Shown here in pieces: positions 12,001 through 22,010 of a stretch of 64,000 nt of DNA. Under the pieces are notes generated by a model that worked only from the letters and a program-made list of their open reading frames with translations, made no database searches and was not told where the DNA came from. The stretch comes from Minutocellus sp. GHC0000111 (lineage: Eukaryota). The position numbers and the translations under genes are program-made. Numbering within the stretch: position 1 is the first letter of the stretch; each line of letters opens with the position of its first letter. The stretch covers positions 992,001 to 1,056,000 of the forward strand of contig OZ361260.1 of NCBI GenBank assembly GCA_977018835.1, written 5' to 3'.

Positions 12001-12444
12001 GGAGGTCGAGCATCCAGTCCGAAGCGTCCGAGCACGTACGCCTCGAGTAGCATCGATCAAGGACAGATCACCGCCACATGGAGCGAGGAGGAACGGCTTC
12101 TCGGCGTCGTCACCTTCTGCTGTGCCGGCAGACTTTTGGTCGCCTTCGTCATCCGCATCCTTCATAATTGCATCGTCGTCTCCATCAGCAGAAGCGGCAA
12201 CATCTTTGCGCCCGTACAAATTCTTGGCGCCTCGTCCTCGGCAGAGCACGACCTTCCCACCGGTGTAGGAGGGCACATGCGCCGAGGATACTGCCCACGA
12301 TTTCGACAGCGTGGGTGCAGCATTCAGCTTGGCAGCCTCGTCTTCGTCGCCGTGCTGCTGGCCCTGAACATCGACATCATCACTGCCTGCCATATCCTCT
12401 GGACTGGCCTCGTAAACGATTCTCGGCCCGCTGACAGATGACAT
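9076..12444 (-). CDS. UTP13: U3 snoRNP WD40 protein UTP13/TBL3
   Basis: Many WD40 repeats (GHNDEILDL, HEKDINIVSVAPNDSLVATGSQDKT) and a Utp13 C-terminal domain (RDWNTRARNSHVA, PYAERHFQRL). Likely start is MSSVSGPR at 12444. Confidence 0.93.
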   Translation of the reverse strand: MSSVSGPRIVYEASPEDMAGSDDVDVQGQQHGDEDEAAKLNAAPTLSKSWAVSSAHVPSYTGGKVVLCRGRGAKNLYGRKDVAASADGDDDAIMKDADDEGDQKSAGTAEGDDAEKPFLLAPCGGDLSLIDATRGVRARTLRTGCSTSHAATASIANYDEAAMADDDDDDGAMDRDALTAYALAPNDTDLIVCSRDSILRQYDLSGSASSYGGELGEGPAKVRRTIGRSGHDLPVTHIEFHCSGIFFATGSVDGSVKVWDLRGGYATHSFRPPAGGRGGASAVSRLAWQPDATHLILAIGREDGSICLHDLRSETSDVPIVRTTDHVSAVTCMVWAGKDRGLFVTAGRDAIINTWSIEEEVVDSASTGNQGSRKKKKRRKDGGSLAPTTTKTVYRRICTLPVYEQIEGMVVLPHYYHYHPDLVNTDIVVATAGSKGVVRVWRASMVDAKDGFEDSRHPSVSDFECVAEQDARSAFGEKRGGYMGLLRTSHQNRLRVSASSHCPEELIAIDAEHNMSFLNLEGRTATGADAIVEGKAVLRMDRTIVGHNDEILDLRVIPSISTRDEGGRDDFDASSSLQKVAVATNSAQIRIFELGTYSCNVLDGHTETVLSIEVSPCGRYLSSCGKDKTMRLWHVESGKCVAIATGHTEAIGASALSRKIGRYDVGGKSARNGGGAFALTASKDRTLKRWALPGSSELDACAAAKDGEELSLRSLNSVRVHEKDINIVSVAPNDSLVATGSQDKTVKLWNSSDLSLRGTIRGHKRGVWDCQFSPFDRVLATCSGDRTVKLWSLSDLSCVRTFQGHAASTLRVRFLSGGLQLMSSGADGLVKLWTIRTNECEATMDGHNDKVWALDLHQDGTTFVSGGADSRIIVWNDTTKELEDAKRDEEEKNILMEQRLSNHLRFKEYEKALEIALELDKPRQALKVLTATIENDVQKGQNSMSTLKEHVKSWPISRTTQVLRYCRDWNTRARNSHVAMLTVKAIVTSIPAQTLAAADGIPELMAGIMPYAERHFQRLDKLYTSSYLIDYTLISMGNMDDSIAEDYSTWEANQDKKLVLPPTQVDGKIQVGGTVAVGAIKRKQLQGEGSDNDDEKEEVVTVGESESESESSSSDSDSDNDE

Positions 12445-12760
12445 GATGAAATGCTGATGTTGGTCGAGAGTTTTTATGCTGAATGACAGAAATACTCTCT
12501 CAAGATACAAAGTGTGCTCGTCGGAATATTCTCTTGTGGTGGCTCTTCCTGTGAAGTGGCAGCTTCTACTGCTGCTGCTGCCGCTATTGGTATGCTGGTA
12601 GGCCTTGCCTGATCTTTGATCTCTTCTCGCACGCCGTCCCCTCGATTCGATTTCAGTGGACGGCCAGCCGCCAGCCGCCAGCCGCCATGGCCGCCATGTC
12701 GTGGCGGAGGACAGACGCACCCTTGCTACGTACGTACGCGTACGTTCTCTTTTCTTTTTA

Positions 12761-13723
12761 GAGTAATTATTAAGAGCTGTGTTGTGACATCTTGTGAGCG
12801 CCGGCCGACCCTCAAAAGTGGTCAAGTGCGAGCTGGCACATCCCGTACGTCACTGGCCTGCAACCAACGAGGTGCGTCACTCATTTTCCCGCCATTTTTT
12901 GAATTGCCCGGCCGACCGACAAGCAAAGTGCCGATGCACTTGCAAAAGCGCCAGGATGCAAACGCTCCTTGAGGTAAACTTCCGGAGCCATTTTCGACAT
13001 GCTGTGCATGCATGTCGAGTCGTGGACGCGATGTTTCGCGATGAGCACTTCGCACAAAGTTGTGCTCATTTTTCCAGCATCACTCAGTCCACCAAGGTAA
13101 GCATCGTTGTCTCCGTCATCATGTCCAAGCCCAACCCTGCCCCTCCCCCCAAGCCCCTTCCCCTCCAGCCCCCTCCCGTCCTCCCTTCTCCTCCGATCCG
13201 TCCGCCGTTCCGACACTCCCCCGTCCTTGGACGCAACCTCGAAAACGCGATGGTCTTCGCCGCCCTTGCCGACCACGTCGAGGCCAATCTCAGCGACGAC
13301 GAGTCCAAGCCTGCTGCTGTCGTGAAGTCGGAGCCCATCATCAAGTCGGAGCAGCCCAACGGTGGTGTCATCGACATGGATGGACACCGACACCGGTTCC
13401 AACGAGTCCGACAACACCAAGCCCGCTGGTGAGGGGAGGGAGTGGGAATGTGCAGCCTTCCTGGAGACGTGGAAGATGAGGCTGGCGGAATGGCGCGACG
13501 ATCTTTTTGCGCCCCGGAAGCAGATTTGCTTCCCCGGAAGGAAAGTCGCCGGAAGTTGGACTCGACCATGAAACTGCGCAGAATTCGCACCTTTGACTAG
13601 TTCGACTGAGGAAATCGGCCATTTTTGTCGCTTTGACCATTTTTGAGCAAGGACCGGCTCGCAGTTGTAGCAAAATCATCCAGCGACGAATATTGAGTTT
13701 CTGACTATTTTTGGATTTTTTCC
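12761..13723. mobile_element. Possible degenerate Mutator-like (MULE) non-autonomous element
   Basis: 9-bp direct repeat TTCTTTTTA at 12752-12760 and 13724-13732. Imperfect subterminal inverted repeat CTCAAAAGTGGTCAAGTGCGA (12811-12831) vs TCGCTTTGACCATTTTTGAG (13628-13647). Short broken Pro-rich ORF inside. Confidence 0.45.
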
Positions 13724-13822
13724 TTCTTTTTATACATGTACTCCATACATGCACTACGTAGCTAGTACTAGACTAGATCTAGCTACGTAGTACACTTGCA
13801 CACTGTAAGAACCTCCAATAAA

Positions 13823-15067
13823 CTATGACTTATTGGCCTGCCGAGCTAATACTGCCTCGGTAAGCAGGGTAGCAACTCTTTGTTGGTTCGAAAATGCTGC
13901 TGGCGCTCCTCCTCTTTGAACTCCACCGGCCGAACCCCTGTGATTGCTTTTCTCCCCAGGTGTTCGAACAGAATCCACCACATACCGAGTCTTTTGAATG
14001 TGCAAGGAATCCATGGAGGATCTCATCTCGATCTCCACATCTTCAATCATTTTCCCAATGTTGGCAATGTGCTCGGCACCGTCGAGGCCGTTGGTCGAAA
14101 TGGATAAAACTCGATCTGAACGTTTGGTCAATGATCCCGAAATGCATGTTCTGCCGCTCCCATCCGTCGCCAAGGACGAAGTGTTCGGTTCCATAATCAG
14201 CGAAATCGTTGTCATCATGCCATACGATGCTGTCCGTCCCTCTGGCGATGGAATCACCTCCACGACGTGAACGCTGTTCCAGGTAGCCTTGCGCATGTAC
14301 TGATCAGCCTCTTCCTCCTTGATCTCCTTCTTGATGAGAAAGGCACCGGCAAATCCTCCGCCACGTTCTCCATCACCACCGTCAGCGTCAGCACCCTCTC
14401 GATCCCAAAGATACACCGATGCAACCGACGAATCACCGCTGCCATAGTACAGTGATCGGTACGAATCAAACACCTCGTTGGCCATTGTCTCCACTTGTCT
14501 CAGCTGAGGTGAGGGTTGGAATCCGTCGCTTTCGATGGGTGGGTAGTAGACGTTGCTCCAGGGAGATCGGTGGCTATCGCCGTCTCGATTGTAGTCAGAT
14601 ATGATGAATGCCTTCTTGCTCGTCGTCGTTGGGATTCCTCCGTTTCCCCCTACCCTCTTGGCTACAGTGGCGGCAGGGTCAACGGCATGGCCGAGGGGTG
14701 GATCAGACCTCTGATACAGCTCCTCGGCAGCATCGGCGTCGACCGCAGATGAGAGGAGGGAGGCTAGGCCCGCAATATTCTGAGAGAGGTAATGAATAGA
14801 GTGGGATGTGTTAGTGGGATACGTAGTAAGAGAGGGTAGAGCAGCCTGATAGCATGGCCAGAGCAAAAAATACCCCGTGAGAGCGCGGCGAAAACAGCAG
14901 CATTTAAAATCTTGCAGTGTGCATGGTGGCTGTATCTTTGACCTCCCAAATCATCGATAGGTATCTTGCAATCTCACCTCCTCCGCATCTTCTGTTGGCA
15001 TCCGGCGCAGGATGTTGAGGCAGGCGACCAGCCTCTCGTCGCACCCGGCGTCGTTCTCCGCCGCCAT
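13823..15067 (-). CDS. CAPZB: F-actin capping protein beta subunit (exons 15067-14978 and 14779-13823)
   Basis: Exon 1 MAAENDAGCDERLVACLNILRRMP; GT-AG intron 14977-14780; conserved DYNRDGDSHRSPWSN, SVYLWD, WNSVHVVEV, HIANIGKMIED. Confidence 0.9.
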
Positions 15068-15530
15068 GGTTGCAGAAACTGCCTGCTGAGACTGCTCGTG
15101 CGGTTACCGGCGTTGTGGCGCAAACCGCCACCGCGCGCCGGCCGGCCACCTGAAGCAGGACCTGCTCGCTCACTCGCCGCCGTAAACCATGCAGCTCTGC
15201 CTTCCCGAGAAAATCCTCAAAGAACTCGAACATCAAAGTGCCAATCGAAGGGAGAATTTGATATGAGGTGAGGACTCCAGAGGATTGCTAGCCGAATTGA
15301 ACTAATGTGATATTTCGTCTCATTGCTACGTCTAATATTCTAATATAATATGATCGTTCTTTGCTTGCATCTTTCGCTCTTTCTCGCATGCATGGCACAC
15401 CAGCCGCCGACAGAAAGACCCGCCGGATGCTGACACCTCGAGCCGTGGAGTCCAGGCACCTCTCCATCAGCAGCAGCAGCAACAGCAGCTGATTCCGCAG
15501 CAGCCAGGTCCAATTCAGGCAACGCTGGAA

Positions 15531-16511
15531 ATGTGCGTCTATTGTTATGAAACCATATTGGCGCATCTTGTTCCGTCCTCGTCGGCGGCAGACGTCGGTG
15601 GTGGCACCACGTACTCCAGAGCCGCGGCAGACTTCCTCCGGTCCATACCAATAAGTGCGGAATGCCCGATCTTTGTGACGTGGGATAAGGTTCGAAGACC
15701 GACACCACCGTCAAGCCGAGCGTCGTCTTGGCTATCGGGCGGCGGGAGTAGTAATCATGCCACGAGCAGAAGTAGCAGTGGTACTTCCACTCCAGCAACC
15801 GGCGATGAGCAGGATTCGCAGAAGCAGCACGATGAGGAGGATGTGGACTTTGAATTGCGTGGGTGTATCGGAACATTGGCTCCGAGACCTTTGCGCACGG
15901 CCATTGGAGAATTTGCCCTTACCAGCGCCTTTCGCGATGGACGATTCAACCCTATTGCCAAGCATGAGCTCCCACATCTGAGAGTTGCTGTGAGTTTGCT
16001 CGTCAACTACGAAGAGTGTAGACATGTTCATGACTGGGTGATTGGCGTCCATGGTATCATCATAACGTTTCGACATGGATCGGCAGACTACAGTGCCACA
16101 TACTTGCCCGAGGTGGCACAAGAGCAGGGGTGAGTGAGCAACATGTGTCATGTGTTCTTGTACTTGTTGTTCTGGTAGATCTTTTTTAACCTTTGCTCTT
16201 GTTACATTTGAATATCTGTACGTAGGTGGAATCAAGAAGAGGCAGTCACGTCTATAATACGAAAGGCGGGATTCTATGGTGAGATTTGTGCCAATCTGCT
16301 TCGTGGGGTGCAGTGTACTCGCTACCAGAGCTCAAAGAGAAGACTGACGTGGAATGATTATGTATTGATTCAAGGTAGAGATCCTCTTGCTCAAGCGACG
16401 TCTTCTTCTCCGAGCAATCAAGATGGTCAAAGAAATAGTGGCACTGCGAGTGGTGAGGCATCTTCATCGTCGGGAGGACGGCCAAATCGATGCCCATTCT
16501 TTCCGTGGTGA
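15531..16511 (+). CDS. AMMECR1: AMMECR1-domain protein (intron 16130-16225; true start possibly ~15392 via a frameshift)
   Basis: MCVYCYETI, PIFVTW, LRGCIGT, SAFRDGRFNPI, SATYLPEVAQEQGW...RKAG...TRYQSSK across the spliced junction. Confidence 0.9.
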
Positions 16512-17063
16512 TAGATCAAAGGGGTGCCGGTCTGATCTCTGGCTAGCTACAGTCCTGTGTAGCTTTGTACAGTAGCTAGGGTGCGTCATGCATTTTTATA
16601 GCCAAAGACTGAGTAGTCTAGGAATTTCCTACATGTTGTCTAGCTAGCTAGCTACGTAGCTAGAGCTGCACTGGCGGGTACAGAGAAATTTCTCTAAGAT
16701 GCACGTTAGGCTTACATACAGGTGTCTCTACCGGTAGGTCTAGCATATCTGCGAGATATCTGCGGTCTTTGGTCTATTTGATCTACAGCATGGCGCCGGC
16801 CCTTTAGGAGACAGCTCCGGAGCTCTCCGCCAAGTGATGGGATGGATGGCATCCGCTCCGGCTCGCTCTCGGCTCTCGGCTCGCTCCTCGCGGGCTCTCG
16901 CGGGGGCGGGGCGCCGGGGGGCCGGCCGGCCATTTTAATTAGGTCTGTCCGTCGCCAAGTACCACCCCTGCACGCACCCTGCCTGCTTCATCGCTTCATC
17001 GCCTTCGCTCCCGGTACTGCATCTCTGTCTCTACCAATATCAATACCACGAACCACGAGTATC

Positions 17064-18215
17064 ATGTCGTCCTCTGAGGCACCACCGTCCAACGCGAACG
17101 AGGGCTGCGTTGGCCCACAGTCTGAGGATGCAGGCAAGGCATCTGCCTGCGCTGGCTGTCCCAACCAATCTGCCTCCTCGTCTGGCAAGTTCAGCAGTCC
17201 CGAAGCCGTGGCGGCCCAGCAAGCCGAGGCCGATCAGATCCGGGCGGCCCTGTCCAACGTGTCGCATGCCCTCCTCGTCCTTTCGGGCAAGGGAGGCGTT
17301 GGTAAGAGCACCGTGGCCTCCCAGATGGCATGGACGTTGGCGTCGCGGGGCTATTCCGTCGGCGTTTTGGATGTCGACATATGTGGCCCGTCCGCGGCCC
17401 GAATGCTCGGTGCGACTGGCCAGACGGTCCATGCCAACGGTACCGGCTGGACTCCCGTCTACGTTTCGCCCAATCTGGCGGTCATGTCGGTATCCTTCCT
17501 CCTCCCCGATGCCGATGCTGCCGTTGTGTGGAGAGGACCGAGGAAGAATGGCATGATCAAACAGTTCCTCACCGAGACCGTTTGGGATGATGATGGGCTG
17601 GATTATCTCATCATTGATACACCTCCTGGAACGTCCGACGAGCACATTAGCACCGTTCAATACCTTCAGGCAGTCGGGGGGGTCAGTGGTGCCGTTGTGG
17701 TGACGACTCCCGAGGAAGTTTCGCAGGCAGATGTGCGCAAGGAGCTCAACTTCTGCGTCAAAACTAAGGTTCGTGTTGTGGGCGTTGTGGAAAATATGGC
17801 GACATTCCGCACCAAGGTTTCTTCTCTGGGATTTCGAAAGCCTGCGGCGGCTGGTGGCGACAGCGGTGGTGGTGACGGAGATGGCACCGTCGATTGTACG
17901 GAGGAGGTCATCAAGACATTGCAGGAGAAATGTCCAGAGATTATTGATCTCATGGCCACGGCCGATGTATTTCCCTCGAGCGGTGGTGGGCCTCGGGGCA
18001 TGGCGGAGCAGTTTAACGTTCCCTATTTGGGTGGGCTGCCCCTCGATCCAAACCTATTATAGTCGTGCGAAGATGGCAAGTGCTTCGTGGAGACCTACTC
18101 GGACAGTTCTGCGGCAGGGCCACTCAATGCACTTTGTGATAAACTCGTCAAGGCACTACCGGTCGAGGAGGAAATGGATGCTGAGGCGATAAATCAACAG
18201 CTCATGGAAGAGTAA
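17064..18215 (+). CDS. NUBP1: Cytosolic Fe-S assembly P-loop NTPase NBP35/NUBP1; in-frame TAG at 18060-18062
   Basis: CVGPQSEDAGKASACAGCPNQ, LSGKGGVGKST, DVDICGPS, WRGPRK, DTPPGTSDEH. The frame continues past the TAG as SCEDGKCFVE...MEE* to 18215. Confidence 0.9.
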
Positions 18216-18358
18216 TAAAATGAAAAACGAAGTAAGTGACAATATCGTTGCTACATTCTCTTATCTCTGTGCAGTTTGTCATCGCTGTACATTGCAGCAG
18301 ATAATTGTTCATTACTCTCGTTTCTCTAAGTGGTCTTTCTCCATCCATTGTTCCTTCT

Positions 18359-18855
18359 CTATTCGATGTCCACCACTTCCTCGTGGAATCGCTCCCAAAG
18401 CTGGATTTCTCCTGATTGGCGCGCCGACCCGTCAGGCCACGCAGCTAAATACGTTCCATGGTAGGACATGAAGGAAACTGTCCCATCGCCATTGCTGATT
18501 TCAGTCCACATCTCCCATCCAAGGATATGTTCGGCCATCCTCATGCTCGAATCCCACCACGCACTGAGATAGGTGCCTTTGGAGGAGCGAAGAGCTATCT
18601 TATCCTCGTCGCCGAGCGAGATCTTGGTCCAGGTCTTCTCTTTCTGCTCTGGCGATGCCAGTAGACCGACGCCGCCATTGTGGGAATAGAGATAAGTGTC
18701 GTGATTGGACAGGAAGGCGTAATTATCCAGGATCTGAGTAGGTACACTGGTCGTAGGCTCGAAGAATACCTTGGTTGGTGCTCTGGATACATCTTGAGTT
18801 TGATCTGGAGTGGGCGTTGGCACTGGCGTAGGATCATCGCCATTGTCAATGCCTT
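18359..18855 (-). CDS. Fascin-like (actin-crosslinking beta-trefoil) domain fragment with no start of its own
   Basis: Repeated KIALRSSKGTYLSAW / TVSFMSYHGTYLAAW...WE motifs, preceded by a PT-rich linker. Confidence 0.6.
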
Positions 18856-20151
18856 GAATTTATTCTTTTCGGATGATGGAGCACCACGCATGCGCTTCTT
18901 CTTGCCACCAGCACTGGCACCCGCCTTGAGGAAGGAGGCAGCACCAGTCGATGGGCCCGAAGACGATTCCTGCTTCCTCTTCTTTCCTGATACTCTCCGA
19001 GCCCCGCCGGTGACCTCGGTGGCACGCCGTCCCTCGAATTTGCGCGACTTGCTGGACGAGCCCTCTCCATCGGCCGGTGCGTCGACACGTCCCTTCTTGC
19101 CCTTGAATCTCTTACCACAGACCACGACGCGGATATTTCGTCGCATGTACTCGGTATCGTGCATCTGCAGCGCCGCAGCGACGTGGCTGCGATCACTCAA
19201 CAGAACATATCCAAATCCCTTGCATTGCTGCGTCTCGGGATCACGGATGATTCTCACGCCCTCCACGTCGTCGTCTTCCATTTCGCAGCCCACAATAAAG
19301 TGCTCCCGGAGTGACGCTTCGTCGGCAGCATAGGGCAGGTTGCCCACAAATACCGACCGAGTACTGTCAATACTGGGTTTGGACCGGTCGACACGCAACC
19401 TTAGGTTCATCCCATCAGCCTTGATTGCCTCGTTGTTCATCTTGAGAGCTTCCGCCACGGAATCAGCAGAGACAAACACAACGTAGCCCTGAACAGTCTT
19501 CTTGGGAGTGTCGGTGCTGACCTTCTTGGTATTGACGCACACCTTGCGCATGAGGTTTTGATCACCGGCCTTCTCGGGGGGCAGCTTGACACCCTCGACG
19601 GCAATGGATCGAAGGCGGGTGCTCTCCACCTTGCCGCAGGGTTTGAACATGGTGACCAAAGACTTGCGCGTGGTGGAGGGTGGGAGATTGCCAACAAAGA
19701 TGGTACGATCGCCATTTTTGTCGGTATCTTCCTCTTCTTCCTCTTGAGCTGCGGCGGCGGCTGCTGCGGCAGAAGTATCTTCCGACTTCTTCTTCTCCTT
19801 CCTCTTCTTCTTTTTCGGCTCATCCTTCTCCTCGGTTTCTTCAGGCGGCAACGCATCGGACTCTCCATCACTGGACGAGTCATCGTCATCGGAGGACGAA
19901 TCATCCTCACTATCCGACTCTTCCTTCTTCTTCTTCTTCTTCTGCTGTTGTTCTTTCAAGGCATCTTTTGCCGCCTGTGCAGCCGCCGACACCTTCTTCT
20001 TTTCTTCCAAACTTTCCAGCTTGGCCTTCCCATCGAAGAGGCTGTTGAGGCCTTCGCCGGAGGACTCGGCGCCGCCAACATTGCGCTTCTTGTTCTTTTT
20101 GGTGCTGGCGCTGCTGCCGCCGCCGCCGAAGATGGACGACAGGAGGGACAT
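18856..20151 (-). CDS. RBM34: Nucleolar two-RRM protein RBM34/NOP12-like; C-terminus appears replaced
   Basis: RTIFVGNLP...VESTRLRS and RSVFVGNLPY...VRIIRDPETQQCKGFGYV, with a Lys/acidic N-terminus. Confidence 0.8.
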
Positions 20152-20376
20152 GGTGAGGCGAGATGAAAGTAGCGCAAGTCAAAAAATGAAGCAAACATCT
20201 TGGTGGTTCTCGCGGTCTCGCGAGCTGGGCGGTCGACGGAAAGGTCAGGGTTCGCTCCAGCCCAGGTGCGAACCTCTCCAGCGGAATGGAAAAGAACAAC
20301 ACCAAACTGCCTACCTATTCTACTAGCTAGGTATCCGAACAGATGAGAACTCTCTCATTTCCCCCAAACAAACGAA

Positions 20377-21496
20377 ATGCCAACTATGATAGCATCGTTT
20401 GCATTCATATCTTCCACCGTCGCCTCGGCCATGGCCCTTCTGGTCGTATCTGCAACGAAAAAGTGGCACAAGGAAACAGAAGCCGACATGACGGCTCTTT
20501 GCGATGAAATAGAAGCGAGTTCTTCTGAATATGTCAATGAGACTACTAATCTCAGAGGTTTGCCCCTGCCAATACAACGCCATCTGCAAACGTCGCTCGG
20601 CTTGGCATCCCCAGACGAAGCAGTCAGACGAATCAAGATGCTATCCATCAGCCAACGAGGTCGATTCCTGCTGAACGGAAAGTGGATCGACTTTACAGCG
20701 AGACAGTTATTTTCAGCGTCGAATGTACATCCAGGCTTTGTTTGGGAGGCCAATATGAGATTGCCCGTGTTTTCGCTATTCGGTCGATCGTTGGTGACCC
20801 TCCCCATCCATGTGAAGGATGCCTATGTGAACGGTCGTGGCACGATGGTTGGCAAGTTACTGGGCGCGCTGACCATTGTTGACATGAGAGATACTCCCGT
20901 GCTCAACGAGGGCGAGCTATCGAGGTGGTTGGGAGAATGTATTGTTTTTCCGACCGCTCTCATCCCCGCCGGTAGCAAAACCGGCCAGAAGTTGCGATGG
21001 AAGGACAGTGAAGATTACGACGCCAATGAAGAGACTGCCATGGCAACTGCCATCCTTGAAGGTGCCATATGCAAAACCTCCGACGGAACGAAGCATAACG
21101 TAAAGACCGAGATCGAATTTCGGTGCAGCAAAGACACTGGGCTTATCCATTCCATATATGCCATGAGACCATACGCTGAACCCGGTCAGAAAGACGCGAA
21201 AATGTTGCCGTGGGAGGTAAGCAAGCAGTATATAGCAGCGGCTTTGTGTTCTTTACATGTACATGTAATGTAAAAATGGACATGCGTGCATCTCCAGATT
21301 CTCCTTTATTTACATCTCGCTTGGATTTGATATTTCAATGTATCAAATAAATATTACGCAGGGGCATTTCAGCGACTATCAAACCCGTCAGGGTATCCTA
21401 GTTCCAACGAGAATGGAAGTTGGGTGGTGGAAAAATGGGGATCTTGAGCTTTATTTCCGGGGCCAGAACAATGAGTTTGAATTTCACTTCGAGTAA
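20377..21496 (+). CDS. DUF6544/DUF6920-like protein with N-terminal signal or anchor (intron 21217-21361)
   Basis: LPLPIQRHL, WIDFTARQLF...PGFVWEA, VKDAYVNGRG, GELSRWLGECIVFPTAL; spliced PWEGHFSDY...LVPTRMEVGW. Confidence 0.7.
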
Positions 21497-22010
21497 ACAT
21501 TCTCCAGCAATCGTTCGATGGGCATATTATGTATAAATGTTTCTATCACATAGGCATGTCGCGGTAATGGCATTAGCTACTAAGTAGATAGACCGCATGC
21601 GCATGTACGATCGTATTCATATTGGTGGCCATGGCAGTGACTTTGACCCAGCCGCCACGCAAGCAGCTTCGATCGACCTGGCTGGGCGGGCCGGATTTCC
21701 TCGGCGACGTTCGTTCGTCGTCCGCCCGCCTCATCTGTCTGCTTTTGCCAAACTTGCAAACTCCCAAACTTGAGCCGTATCCATCTGCTGGCATCAACAG
21801 AGTACCTCTGGCGAGCACAGCAACTTCTGTGAGCCAATTGCTTCTCCTACGGGTAGGAAAGATAGGTGCTGCTGTCTTCTTGCCCTTCGCTTGTCGGCCC
21901 AGGAGCAACTGCAAAACCAGGCGCAGAAAAAGCCCTTCGCTTCCCGCACAACTTCCAGAAGCACAGCAAGCACTGGCCATAACAAGTATACAGAGGGTCA
22001 GAACCAAACC

